UHGV virus genome: UHGV-0204900
Length of the DNA stretch: 42,057 nucleotides
Reading direction: 5' to 3' (one strand)
Source of the DNA: a virus
A program made the translations under genes and the position numbers. The notes under the pieces were generated by a model. The model worked only from the letters and a program-made list of their open reading frames with translations, was not told where the DNA came from and searched no databases. Of this stretch, positions 8,462 through 18,291 are shown piece after piece; position 1 is the first letter of the stretch; every line of letters begins with the position of its first letter.

Positions 8462-9508
8462 ATGAAAAGTACTGTGAATTTAAACAGTGTGAATTTAGTC
8501 AATGATGACTCACTCAGCTATATAAAAACACTTCCCGATAATTATATTGATTTAATCGCAACTGACCCGCCTTACTTTCAGGTGAAGTCTTGTAGTTGGG
8601 ATAATCAGTGGGAAAACGTAACATCATATTTATCTTGGCTTGATGAAATGCTTGCAGAATTTTGGCGGGTATTAAAGCCTAACGGTAGTCTTTACATTTT
8701 TTGCGGTTCTAAACTAGCGTCGGATACAGAATTACTCGTCCGTGAAAGATTTAATATTCTAAGTCACATTGTATGGGCTAAACCATCAGGGCCTTGGCGC
8801 AGGGCATGTAAAGCTGATTTACGCAGTTTTTTCCCAAGCACTGAAAGAATTTTATTTGCTGAGCATTATCAAAGCCCATACAAGGGCAAAAGTAGTACCT
8901 ATCTTCAGCAATGCAAAGAGCTTAAAGAAAACATATTTAAGCCTTTAATTGAGTATTTTAAATTTGCACGTGAAACATTAGGAATAACTGCAAAAGAAAT
9001 AAAGCAGGCAACAGGTAAGCAGATGGCTTCACACTGGTTTAGTTATAGCCAATGGCAACTACCTAGTGAGTCTGATTACAAAAAACTGCAGGAGTTGTTT
9101 CATCGTGTAGCAAGTGAAAAATTCAGTAGTAATCCTTTAAATCGTGATCATGCTGATTTGATAGAGATTCAGGCTTCTCTTAGTCGAGAGTACCAGGAGC
9201 TTGCTGAACAATATCAATTATTACGTCGTCCTTTTTCTGTCACCGTTGATGTTCCTTATACCGATGTGTGGACGTATCCACCTGTGCAATATTACGCAGG
9301 TAAACACCCTTGTGAAAAGCCAGCAGAGATGATGGAACACATTATTCGTTCAAGTAGTCGCGAAGGTGATCTAGTTGCTGATTTCTTTATGGGGTCGGGT
9401 GCAACACTAAAATCTGCATTAAAACTAAGTCGTCGAGTTCTTGGAGTTGAACTTGAGAAAGAACGATTTGAACAAACAAGAGAGGAAATAAATAACATGA
9501 AGTCATAA
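8462..9508 (+). CDS. DNA methyltransferase, beta-class (motif IV DPPY N-terminal, motif I FMGSGAT C-terminal); likely orphan anti-restriction MTase
   Basis: IATDPPYF precedes ADFFMGSGATLKSA, the circularly permuted order typical of phage ParB-less N6A/N4C MTases. Core GC content. Confidence 0.85.
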   Translation: MKSTVNLNSVNLVNDDSLSYIKTLPDNYIDLIATDPPYFQVKSCSWDNQWENVTSYLSWLDEMLAEFWRVLKPNGSLYIFCGSKLASDTELLVRERFNILSHIVWAKPSGPWRRACKADLRSFFPSTERILFAEHYQSPYKGKSSTYLQQCKELKENIFKPLIEYFKFARETLGITAKEIKQATGKQMASHWFSYSQWQLPSESDYKKLQELFHRVASEKFSSNPLNRDHADLIEIQASLSREYQELAEQYQLLRRPFSVTVDVPYTDVWTYPPVQYYAGKHPCEKPAEMMEHIIRSSSREGDLVADFFMGSGATLKSALKLSRRVLGVELEKERFEQTREEINNMKS

Positions 9509-9767
9509 AGCGGATTGTCCGTATTTTACATGCTGATGTCATGATTCAGCTCCGAGTCTTTAAGAGAGCCAGCTTTGCATCTGGTTAGGGTTAATAAATA
9601 AAGGGGCACCGGTAACGAAGCATGACAGCCAATCGTGCACTGGTTAGATCCAACGGGGAGCAGAGACGAACTGGGGTTATAAACTCAAGGGCATGAGCGT
9701 GACCACTACGAGAGTGTGGTGAAATTTCATTACTCATAACACAAACAACTCGGACACTCCGTAGGGG

Positions 9768-10043
9768 GTGTATATGCGCATGGAAAAATTGACCAATGCT
9801 ACCTACGGAACGGCTGGCTTAACTGCCTTTTTTGCAAGTCTCTCACTTTATGAATGGGGATTTGTAATAGGGATGGGATTCAGCATGCTCCTTGGATTAG
9901 CAACTTATTTTATGACACAGCGAGAACAGCGGAAACGAACAGCGTTATTTGCTGAATTAGTTCATCGAAATTGTTCTAGTGATCCGCAAGACATAGAAAA
10001 GATAGTTGGCGAGATGCTGACTAAAGCTAAAAAGGACATTTAA
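9768..10043 (+). CDS. holin, two predicted TMDs, dual/triple-start motif MYMRMEK (pinholin-like)
   Basis: 91 aa with two hydrophobic segments (TAGLTAFFASLSLY and FVIGMGFSMLLGLATYF) and a charged C-terminus. Immediately upstream of a SAR endolysin. Confidence 0.7.
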   Translation: MYMRMEKLTNATYGTAGLTAFFASLSLYEWGFVIGMGFSMLLGLATYFMTQREQRKRTALFAELVHRNCSSDPQDIEKIVGEMLTKAKKDI

Positions 10044-10513
10044 TGAACCTAAAACAGAAAGTGACAGCAGTTGCAAGTGCCGGTGCGGTAAGTATTGCGC
10101 TAACAGTGATTGGTTACTTTGAGGGAGTGCGTTATGAACCATACCGTGATGTTGCCGGAATTCTGACGGTTTGTTATGGCCACACTGGAAATGACATCAT
10201 TCAAGGCAAGACATACACACAGCAAGAATGTGACGAGTTACTGCAGAAAGACTTTATTAGAACGCAACAACAAGTTGATGTTCTAGTTAAAGTGCCGGTA
10301 GATGATAAAACAAAAGCCTCTTTATATTCCTTTGCTTTCAATGTGGGCACCACAGCTTTTGCACGTTCTACATTGCTCAAGAAATTAAATGCTGGTGATC
10401 AGTATGGCGCTTGTGAAGAAATGAAACGCTGGGTTTATGCTGGTGGCAAGGTATGGCGAGGGTTAGTCAGTCGTAGAGATGCGGAGTCAGCACTATGTCA
10501 TGGAAACCTTTAA
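10043..10513 (+). CDS. SAR endolysin (T4-lysozyme-like muramidase, GH24)
   Basis: N-terminal weakly hydrophobic Gly/Ala-rich segment VTAVASAGAVSIALTVIG (signal-anchor-release type). Catalytic pattern E-x8-D-x5-T present in YFEGVRYEPYRDVAGILT. Confidence 0.9.
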   Translation: MNLKQKVTAVASAGAVSIALTVIGYFEGVRYEPYRDVAGILTVCYGHTGNDIIQGKTYTQQECDELLQKDFIRTQQQVDVLVKVPVDDKTKASLYSFAFNVGTTAFARSTLLKKLNAGDQYGACEEMKRWVYAGGKVWRGLVSRRDAESALCHGNL

Positions 10514-10653
10514 TTATCGTTATAAGCTTTATTCTCGCATTACTCATCACAGTTGCTGGTGGCATTTATCTCTCAATTGATAATTCATGTGTTAACGATA
10601 AAGCAAGCTTAGACAAGCGCTGTCAGATAGCTATTTCACATCATCGGTACTAA
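10495..10653 (+). CDS. small predicted membrane protein (52 aa), possible accessory lysis factor
   Basis: Unannotated ORF MSWKPLIIVISFILALLITVAGGIYLSIDN... with one TM segment. Overlaps the endolysin stop and ends 3 nt before Rz. Below the 60-aa cut-off of the ORF track. Confidence 0.3.
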   Translation: MSWKPLIIVISFILALLITVAGGIYLSIDNSCVNDKASLDKRCQIAISHHRY

Positions 10654-10655
10654 TT

Positions 10656-11117
10656 ATGAAGCACTGGAAACTTTACATTGTCATTGTGATAGTGGGGATT
10701 ATCGCTGGTGGTTGTGTGCTGATTAACACGCAAGCTGAAAAAATTAACACGCTGACAGAAAACAACAAAGAACTTACTACCACACTCGAAGAGCAAAAGG
10801 CTATCAATGCTGATTATCAAGTACGTATAGAGCGACTAAATCAGCTTGATACAAGGCACACACAGGAGCTTGTTAATGCAAAGAATGAAATTAGTCGCTT
10901 GCGTGATATTAGTGAGCGTAATCCTGAGCGGGTGTACATCAAAGCCGAATGTCCAAAATCCGAAGGCGTTACGACCTCCGGCGTGGCTAATGCAACCACC
11001 GCCCGACCTACTGACACCGCTATCAGAAATTATTGGTTACTCAGAGAGCGAATTGCGCAGTCAGAGCAAATAATCTTAGGGCTACAAGATTACATTAGAG
11101 CGGAGTGTGCTCAATGA
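10656..11117 (+). CDS. i-spanin Rz
   Basis: N-terminal TM segment followed by a coiled-coil periplasmic domain. Contains an embedded +1-frame lipoprotein ORF. Confidence 0.8.
   Translation: MKHWKLYIVIVIVGIIAGGCVLINTQAEKINTLTENNKELTTTLEEQKAINADYQVRIERLNQLDTRHTQELVNAKNEISRLRDISERNPERVYIKAECPKSEGVTTSGVANATTARPTDTAIRNYWLLRERIAQSEQIILGLQDYIRAECAQ
10885..11073 (+). CDS. o-spanin Rz1 (embedded lipoprotein)
   Basis: Lies in the +1 frame inside Rz. Signal peptide with an LSGC lipobox, Pro-rich mature part. Start taken at MKLVAC; the track's ORF starts earlier at 10846. Confidence 0.7.
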   Translation: MKLVACVILVSVILSGCTSKPNVQNPKALRPPAWLMQPPPDLLTPLSEIIGYSESELRSQSK

Positions 11118-11454
11118 GTATAGACGCTGATAATAAAACCGAATGCTATCGAAATTGCAAAGCCCTCTGTACATGCCGAGCTAGAAAGTTACTTAGTGAA
11201 ATCCAAAAAAGAAAAGCGTCGCGTTGTCGCCGTTCTCATACATTAACTATGACATGATATCCTCACATTGAGTGTGTAAGAGAAATCAGAAACAGCGAAT
11301 ACCATCGTTTATTAAGTCCGAACATTATCAGCAACGTCAGCTGTAGGTAGAAGAAAGGGCGTGACAACCGGAGAGACGGGTACAATTCATAAGAGTCAAT
11401 CACAAAGCCTATTTTAACGAATGGGCTTTTTAATAGGCTAAGGAGATAAACACA

Positions 11455-12465
11455 ATGGCAAAACCGGATTGGGGGATGCTACAACAACAGTTCCTCGCCG
11501 AACATGCTATAACAGGAATATCCCCTAAAGAGTGGTGTGAATCGCAAGGACTAAACTATTCAACAGCACGACGATATATCAAAATATCCAGTGCGCAGAA
11601 TGCGCAAAAAACTGCGCACAAGAAATTGCGCACTGCGCAGAAAAAAGAATGCGCAAAAGAGCCAATGCGCAATAGTGATATACCAACTGCGCAGAGTAAT
11701 GAATCAAGTAATGCGCACGATGATGAAAACACGTTTAGTCTGCGCAATTACGGGCTAACAGAACAACAGATTAAATTTGTTAGTGAATACCTTATCGACT
11801 TAAATCGAACAGGAGCATATAAGAGAGCCGGTTATAAAGGCGAAGGAAATACAGCTTATGTCAATGCTACTCGAATGCTAAGAAATGCTAAGGTTTCACG
11901 AGCAATCACAGACGCATTAGCAGAACGGGAACGTAGAACAGAGATAACCCAAGATGCTGTATTAAAAATATGGTGGGATATTGCAACGGCAGACGTTAAC
12001 GAGCTGACCGAATACCGACGATTATGTTGCCGTCATTGCTGGGGCTTTGGTTTTAATTACCAGTGGCGTGATTCGATAGAGTTTGAAGATGCTATTAAGA
12101 AAGCGCTTACAGCCAATAAACCTCCTCCACAAGATGTGGGTGGTTACGGTTACGATGAAACATTAGATCCAAATCCTGATTGTCCTCGCTGTAACGGTGC
12201 CGGTATTGGTCGTGCGCATTTTCATGATACGCGTGATTTAACAGGGCCAGCTCGTCGAGTATTTGCGGGAGTGAAAGAAGGTAAGTTTGGTATTGAGGTT
12301 ATTACTCGTAATCAAGATGAAGCACTTAAAATGGTTGCACAACATTTAGGTATGCTGAAGAACAAGACGGAATTAACCGGTGCCGATGGTGGGCCTATTA
12401 AAACAGAGGTTGCTAACATGTCACCTCAAGAAGCATCTGACGCATATAAGCAAATCATGGGGTAA
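11455..12465 (+). CDS. terminase small subunit
   Basis: N-terminal HTH, then a Terminase_2-like block LTEQQIKFVSEYLIDLNRTGAYKRAGYKGEGNTAY. Contains a dense TGCGCA array (candidate pac). Upstream of TerL. Confidence 0.8.
   Translation: MAKPDWGMLQQQFLAEHAITGISPKEWCESQGLNYSTARRYIKISSAQNAQKTAHKKLRTAQKKECAKEPMRNSDIPTAQSNESSNAHDDENTFSLRNYGLTEQQIKFVSEYLIDLNRTGAYKRAGYKGEGNTAYVNATRMLRNAKVSRAITDALAERERRTEITQDAVLKIWWDIATADVNELTEYRRLCCRHCWGFGFNYQWRDSIEFEDAIKKALTANKPPPQDVGGYGYDETLDPNPDCPRCNGAGIGRAHFHDTRDLTGPARRVFAGVKEGKFGIEVITRNQDEALKMVAQHLGMLKNKTELTGADGGPIKTEVANMSPQEASDAYKQIMG
11592..11746. repeat. array of 10 palindromic TGCGCA hexamers in 155 bp inside terS
   Basis: Copies at 11592, 11601, 11613, 11628, 11635, 11650, 11666, 11688, 11712 and 11741. 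They fall in all three reading frames, so the signal is at DNA level. Confidence 0.8.
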
Positions 12466-12672
12466 ATTGATAAAAACAGCGGTTTCATTGAAAATTTAGG
12501 CTATGCAAAATCTCACCTATTTTATGCACGTTTTATTCATTCTAATTTGTACTCATCTCAATAGATAACTTAGATAAATAGCGCTTACACATAGAAAACA
12601 CACTCAGTTGATTTTCGGTAGGGCGTGTAAGCACTATTATGTTAAATAGACATTGAATTAAAGAAATTTACT

Positions 12673-14277
12673 ATGCCTATCCCATTCCCGTTTGATTTTA
12701 AAAATCCTGACTACCCGCAGGTGTTTGAATGGCGAATGGAACGATTAACACGAATTCGCCAAAATCCAGAATCTATACCAGCACTCAACGCTTATTACAA
12801 AGATAATCCAGCCCAATTTATTATTGATTGGGGAATGACGTATGACCCACGAAACCCTGAGCGAGGTTTACCTTCCTATATTCCATTTTTACTATTCCCT
12901 AGACAAGAGGAATGGATTGAGTGGTTTATAGAACGTTGGAAAGGGCAAGAACCTGGTATCACAGAAAAGACGCGTGATATGGGTATGAGTTGGCTAACTG
13001 TCGGCTTATCTTGCACAGTATGTAATTTCAATCGTGGCATTAGTGTTGGTATAGGCAGTCGTAAAGAAGAGTATGTCGATAAAATTGGGGTACCTAAATC
13101 ACTGTTAGAGAAAGCCCGTATCTTTATGTCTTATCTGCCGGCTGAATTTCGTTTTGGTTGGAATAGAAACAAAGACGCACCACACATGAGAATAAAATTT
13201 CCTCATACTGACTCAATCATATCGGGTGAGTGTGGTGATGGTATTGGGCGAGGGGATCGCGTAAGTTTTTATATTGTTGATGAGTCCGCTTTCCTCGAAC
13301 GGCCATCTCTTATTGACGCTTCTTTATCAGCCACAACTAACTGCAGACAAGATATTTCAACGCCAAATGGAAATGCTAATAGCTTCGCTATCCGCAGACA
13401 TAGCGGAAAAATACCAGTATTTACATTCCACTGGAGAGAAGATCCAAGGAAAGACCAAGCATGGTACGACAAGCAGGTTGAAGTTTTAGATCCCGTTACA
13501 GTCGCTCAAGAAATAGATATAGATTACAACGCATCCGTTGAAGGGGTGATTATTCCTTCTGCATGGATACAGTCTGCAATAGACGCACATATCAAGTTGG
13601 GAATTGAACCAACAGGTAAGCGCCTTGGTGCTCTTGATGTGGCTGACGAAGGTATAGATAAAAATGCCTTTGTATCGGGTAAAGGAATATTGGTAGATGC
13701 TTGTGAAGAGTGGAGTGGAAAAGGTGCTGATATCTACCAAACCGTGGTTAAGGCAATCAATTTAGCCAGTGATTATGGTTGTAGTGAGGTTCTATATGAT
13801 GCTGATGGCATTGGTGCCGGTTGTCGTGGTGATTCAAGACAAGTCAATGAAGAACGGAAGTTAGCTGGTTTAAATCCTGTTACCTTTTCTGCTTACAAAG
13901 GAAGTTCTGGTGTACTAAATCCGGATAAGGTTTTAATGAAAGATGCCAGCGGTAGAAATATTACGAATAAGGACTTTTTCCAAAACTTTAAATCTCAATC
14001 TTGGTGGCATTTGCGGACATTGTTTTTAAATACCCATAGAGCTGTTAATGGTATGAAATATGATCCTGATGAGATTATTTCGTTATCTTCAAAGATGTCA
14101 TCTTTATCGAGATTAACTTCCGAACTCTGCCAGCCAACGTACACAAAAAACTCAGCAGGTAAAATCGTCGTTGATAAAAAACCTAACGGTGCTAAGTCTC
14201 CAAACTGTGCTGATGGCTTAGTCATTCTTAAATCTCCTGAGAAAAGAAACGGTAGTTTCTTCACAACTAAGAGGTAA
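12673..14277 (+). CDS. terminase large subunit
   Basis: 534 aa. Walker-B-like [13 protein letters not shown] motif, C-terminal nuclease-like acidic residues. Follows terS. Confidence 0.85.
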   Translation: MPIPFPFDFKNPDYPQVFEWRMERLTRIRQNPESIPALNAYYKDNPAQFIIDWGMTYDPRNPERGLPSYIPFLLFPRQEEWIEWFIERWKGQEPGITEKTRDMGMSWLTVGLSCTVCNFNRGISVGIGSRKEEYVDKIGVPKSLLEKARIFMSYLPAEFRFGWNRNKDAPHMRIKFPHTDSIISGECGDGIGRGDRVSFYIVDESAFLERPSLIDASLSATTNCRQDISTPNGNANSFAIRRHSGKIPVFTFHWREDPRKDQAWYDKQVEVLDPVTVAQEIDIDYNASVEGVIIPSAWIQSAIDAHIKLGIEPTGKRLGALDVADEGIDKNAFVSGKGILVDACEEWSGKGADIYQTVVKAINLASDYGCSEVLYDADGIGAGCRGDSRQVNEERKLAGLNPVTFSAYKGSSGVLNPDKVLMKDASGRNITNKDFFQNFKSQSWWHLRTLFLNTHRAVNGMKYDPDEIISLSSKMSSLSRLTSELCQPTYTKNSAGKIVVDKKPNGAKSPNCADGLVILKSPEKRNGSFFTTKR

Positions 14278-14281
14278 TTCT

Positions 14282-15784
14282 ATGTGGTGGCCGTTTAAGA
14301 GGCGAAAAACAGAACCACTCGCACCGGTTAAACGGTCAGCATTCACAACTGACTTATATCCTGCGCTGGCGCGAGAACAGGGCTTTGATGGGATTAATTT
14401 ACCCCAACCCACAATTGCAGGTGTTGCGATGGATAGCATTGATAGCTATGTGCCCTCATTTAAAGGTGAGCAGGTTTACGGTGTGCCTGAGTCACAGGCC
14501 TCATGGTATGCCTCACAAATGTTTATCGGCAACAATATGTGTGCGGTTATCGCCAAACATTGGCTGGTGGATAAAGCCTGCAATATGCCCGCGCGTGATG
14601 CGATACGTCAGGGTTACGATATTGATTGTGATAACGACGATGATCGCGCTATCAGCAAAAAGCTCCGCAAACGTGATAAAAAATACCGCATTACACATCA
14701 GCTGAAAGAACTGGTTCATTTCGGGCGTGTATATGGCGGTCGTTTAGCGTTATTTGTTGTTGAGACATCAAACCCGAAAGAGTGGTATGAAAACCCGTTT
14801 AATATCGATGGTGTGACCAAAGGCATGTACAAGGGGATTAAACAGATTGATCCCCAATGGGTAACGGCTGATTTAACGGATGCCAATGTTCAAGACCCTG
14901 CGAGTATGGACTTCTACGAGCCGACATATTATGTGATTGGTGGGCGTAAATATCATAAGTCTCACTTTATTAAGTTTGTGCCGTTTCCTGTGCCGAATGT
15001 CTTGAAGCCAATGTACAACTACTTTGGTGTATCAGTGCCAGAACGTATTTATGAGCGTGTCTACGCTTCAGAACGCACAGCCAATGAAGCGCCACAACTG
15101 GCAATGACCAAGCGTTTACTTACGATGGGGATTGCAGACCTTGAGTCGGCAGATAAGAGCATCATCAATGAAAACATGCTCTATTTTATGGAGATGCGCG
15201 ATAACTACGGTGTGCAAATGACAGGTAGTGAAGATACGGTTCAACAGTTCGATACGTCATTAGCGGATTTAGACGCCACGATTATGACGCAATATCAGCT
15301 GGTGGCATCGGCTTCCAATGTACCCGCGACAAAGCTACTAGGCACTACACCGAAAGGCTTTAACTCAACAGGTGAATACGAAGAGGCTAATTACCGCGAA
15401 GAGCTTGAAAGTATCCAATCAAACGACCTTGAAGAGCTATTACAGCGTCATTACGACATGTTAATGCGTAGTGATGGTTTACCTGTGACAGAAATCTCTA
15501 TCACATGGGCACCACTTGATAGCCCGACGGCTGTTGAGAGTGCGGATATTGAGCTTAAACAAGCACAAGCCGATTCAGCCTATGCAACAACGGGGGCGAT
15601 TGATGGGTTAGATATCCGCAAGAAACTGGCCAGTGATAAAGCATCTAGCTATTACGGTATTGAAGTGAACGAGGCAGATTATGTCGAGGCGAATACGAGT
15701 ACGAACGAAGCGAGCGCAATGGGCAACCTCTCGCCAAGCAGTAATGAAAGGGAAGCCCCTGCAGTATTCAGTAGCGCCCTCTAG
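14282..15784 (+). CDS. portal protein (DUF1073-like)
   Basis: 500 aa, immediately after TerL and before the Mu-F-like head morphogenesis gene. Confidence 0.75.
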   Translation: MWWPFKRRKTEPLAPVKRSAFTTDLYPALAREQGFDGINLPQPTIAGVAMDSIDSYVPSFKGEQVYGVPESQASWYASQMFIGNNMCAVIAKHWLVDKACNMPARDAIRQGYDIDCDNDDDRAISKKLRKRDKKYRITHQLKELVHFGRVYGGRLALFVVETSNPKEWYENPFNIDGVTKGMYKGIKQIDPQWVTADLTDANVQDPASMDFYEPTYYVIGGRKYHKSHFIKFVPFPVPNVLKPMYNYFGVSVPERIYERVYASERTANEAPQLAMTKRLLTMGIADLESADKSIINENMLYFMEMRDNYGVQMTGSEDTVQQFDTSLADLDATIMTQYQLVASASNVPATKLLGTTPKGFNSTGEYEEANYREELESIQSNDLEELLQRHYDMLMRSDGLPVTEISITWAPLDSPTAVESADIELKQAQADSAYATTGAIDGLDIRKKLASDKASSYYGIEVNEADYVEANTSTNEASAMGNLSPSSNEREAPAVFSSAL

Positions 15785-15800
15785 TCGTTATCAAGGTGAC

Positions 15801-16535
15801 ATGTCACGCCTCATTAATTCAATGATTAAAGACTATGAAAAAGTGTTTAGTGAATTAAATGACGACTTTGATGGCTTTACGATGGATGCCAGTTTTGCCA
15901 GTCAAACACGCATCTGGCTTAATCGGCTAAAACGTAAATGGGATAAGATTTTCAAACAAAAATCCACAGAGATTGCAGATAAATTTGTTTCCCAAGTCGA
16001 TATAGGCGCAAAGCGTAATTTAGATAATTCTCTTAAACAGTTGTCAGGGGGGATCACCATCAAAACCCCAGATATGCCCGAAGCTCTGAAAGATAAAATC
16101 ATTGCCTCTACAGCTGAAAACGTATCGTTAATTAAATCCATTCCACTGCAATTTCATCAACGCATTGAAAGTGTTGCCTTACGTTCTATTAGCCAAGGTG
16201 GTGAAGGCGCAAAGACGCTATTAGAGGAAATTCGGCATACTGGCAGTGTGACAGAGAAAAGGGCGAACTTTATCGCTGTTGACCAAACGCGAAAGATTAC
16301 TACGGCGGTTAACTATGAACGTATGAAATCTGCTGGTATTCGTAAGGCGGTTTGGCATCATTCGGCTGGAAGTGCTGAGCCTCGTGAGTTACATCTGCGT
16401 CTGGATGGTGAAGTGTTTGATTTAGATAACCCGCCTGTGATTGATGAACGGACAGGTGAGCGTGGCTTGCCCGGACAATTACCAAACTGTAAGTGCTTCT
16501 GGACACCCGTAATAGATTTCGGTGAGGAGACATGA
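15801..16535 (+). CDS. head morphogenesis protein, Mu gpF / SPP1 gp7 family
   Basis: C-terminal signature WHHSAGSAEPRELHLRLDGEVFDLD...PGQLPNCKCF. Start taken at ATG 15801 with an AAGGTG RBS; the ORF track's 15681 start overlaps the portal gene. Confidence 0.8.
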   Translation: MSRLINSMIKDYEKVFSELNDDFDGFTMDASFASQTRIWLNRLKRKWDKIFKQKSTEIADKFVSQVDIGAKRNLDNSLKQLSGGITIKTPDMPEALKDKIIASTAENVSLIKSIPLQFHQRIESVALRSISQGGEGAKTLLEEIRHTGSVTEKRANFIAVDQTRKITTAVNYERMKSAGIRKAVWHHSAGSAEPRELHLRLDGEVFDLDNPPVIDERTGERGLPGQLPNCKCFWTPVIDFGEET

Positions 16536-17794
16536 CAAAGCGACAATATGATTTAAACGGCTGGCTGGAAGTAAAAGATAACCCCATCTCTAAAGTTGGG
16601 GTTTTTGATTATTTAGGGTTTGAAATTGGCGCACCGATACCTGAAAAGATTTACAAGGTGTATCGACCACAAGAAGAACTGGCCAGCGCAGAAACAATTA
16701 ACTCTTTCAAATTAATGCCCTTTGTTGATGAGCATGAAATGCTAGGGAAAGACGGCACACCCGCAGAGACAAAGGGGATACAAGGGGTCATCGGGGAACA
16801 GGTTTACTTTGAATACCCCTACCTTAGAAGCAATATCAAAATCCTGTCTAATTCAGCGCTTAACCAAATTGAGGGGGGAAAAATTGAATTATCTCCGGGT
16901 TATCGCTGTATTTACGATTTCACACCAGGCGAATTTAACGGTGAACGTTATGACGCCATACAACGGCATATTAGAGCCAATCACCTTGCGTTAGTCGATG
17001 AAGGGCGCACTGGCGTTGATGTTGCTGTGCAAGACCATTCCGTTATTACCATAGACACTAAGGAACTTATTCGCATGAATCCTGAAGATGAAAACAAAGA
17101 CAAACCAACCACTGATGAGGGTGCCTTTACGCCTGAGCAATTGGAAGCGTTAAAGGCAATTATCAAAGAAGCAATCACCAGTGCTAAACCTGCGACAGAT
17201 GATGAACCAGACGATAAAGATAAACCTTCAACTGATTCAGACCCTGACGAAGAGCAGAAAGCAGAAGAAGCGGTGGAAAAAGCCGAAATCGCCACAGAAG
17301 AGGCTGAATCTGGCGAACCCGAGGCAGTTGAGAAAGCCGAGGTTGCTATTGAAACTGCTGTCGAAGCGATTGAAGAAGCCAAAGAGCATCTTGACCAAGC
17401 AACTACTGATGGTCTTCATCGTCGTTTAAAACGCCTAAACCGTAGCATGACCGCAATGGATGAAATGGCATCGCTGAAACGTAAAATTAAGCGATTAGAG
17501 AAAGCAAAACCGGTAATGGATACGGGTGAATTACTCAAACAAATTGGTGCGCGTGATGCGCTGGCGCATAAGTTAACACCGTTTATTGGTGTGTTTGACC
17601 ACTCTGCTATGACTCAACAACAAGTCGCGGAGTACGGTGTTAAAGAACTGGGTATTCAATGCAGTAAAGGCACCGAAGCGATTGCTCTTGATGCTTGGAT
17701 GCAAGGGCGTGTGCCTGACTCCCAAAAGCCCAGCTCAACAATGGACTCTGCAGTGAGCAATAAATCAATTATGGATAAATGGGGAGCTAAATAA
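16532..17794 (+). CDS. scaffolding protein (DUF2213-like N-domain plus acidic coiled-coil region)
   Basis: 420 aa. N-terminal conserved domain, central low-complexity acidic Glu/Ala/Asp-rich region, coiled-coil C-terminus. Located between the F-like gene and the capsid genes. Confidence 0.6.
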   Translation: MTKRQYDLNGWLEVKDNPISKVGVFDYLGFEIGAPIPEKIYKVYRPQEELASAETINSFKLMPFVDEHEMLGKDGTPAETKGIQGVIGEQVYFEYPYLRSNIKILSNSALNQIEGGKIELSPGYRCIYDFTPGEFNGERYDAIQRHIRANHLALVDEGRTGVDVAVQDHSVITIDTKELIRMNPEDENKDKPTTDEGAFTPEQLEALKAIIKEAITSAKPATDDEPDDKDKPSTDSDPDEEQKAEEAVEKAEIATEEAESGEPEAVEKAEVAIETAVEAIEEAKEHLDQATTDGLHRRLKRLNRSMTAMDEMASLKRKIKRLEKAKPVMDTGELLKQIGARDALAHKLTPFIGVFDHSAMTQQQVAEYGVKELGIQCSKGTEAIALDAWMQGRVPDSQKPSSTMDSAVSNKSIMDKWGAK

Positions 17795-18291
17795 TGGCAA
17801 TTCCTAAATCAGTAGCAAACGGCTTAATTTCTGGTATTGTCGGTGAAATTAGTCATGCAGGCCCTATTCGCGCTGTTTCCGCCATTCTCAGTTCAGCAGA
17901 TGAAAAGCTGAATATTTTCGGTCGCGCCTATACCTACAAAGATGATTCAGTGGAATCCGTTCAAGTCGGTGGTAAAGGTGTATTTGCGGGGATCATGATT
18001 AACCCTAAAGCCTATCGTATCGAAGAAGCATTCGCTCGTAACGGTACGCAAGGTGAATTCCTGACAATGGGGGAGGTTTTCGTTGAACTAAAAGAAGTGG
18101 CAGGAAAAATCAACGCACCGGTTGTTTTTGATGAAGCAGACGGTTCGCTATCTTCGAAAGCCACCATTAGTGCCGGTGATCGTGTCATTGGTTTTATCAG
18201 CCGACACCTTGAGTCAACAGAAAGTGCTCATTTGGGCATTATTCGTTTAACAGAAATCCCATATCCAGCATCTCCAAAGGAAGGTGAATAA
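17794..18291 (+). CDS. head structural/decoration protein (DUF2190-like position)
   Basis: 165 aa, directly upstream of the major capsid gene with start/stop overlap. Confidence 0.45.
   Translation: MAIPKSVANGLISGIVGEISHAGPIRAVSAILSSADEKLNIFGRAYTYKDDSVESVQVGGKGVFAGIMINPKAYRIEEAFARNGTQGEFLTMGEVFVELKEVAGKINAPVVFDEADGSLSSKATISAGDRVIGFISRHLESTESAHLGIIRLTEIPYPASPKEGE

Noticed and set aside
9509-9767. 260-bp non-coding region upstream of the holin checked for a tRNA or small RNA gene
   Set aside because: No GTTCRANYC T-loop, no 7-bp acceptor pairing and no CCA-compatible end were found. It is likely just a late-operon spacer or promoter region.
16981-17382. 133-aa minus-strand ORF rich in Ser/Ala
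   Set aside because: It is antisense to the acidic low-complexity region of the scaffold gene. Such ORFs arise automatically opposite GAA/GCA-rich repeats.
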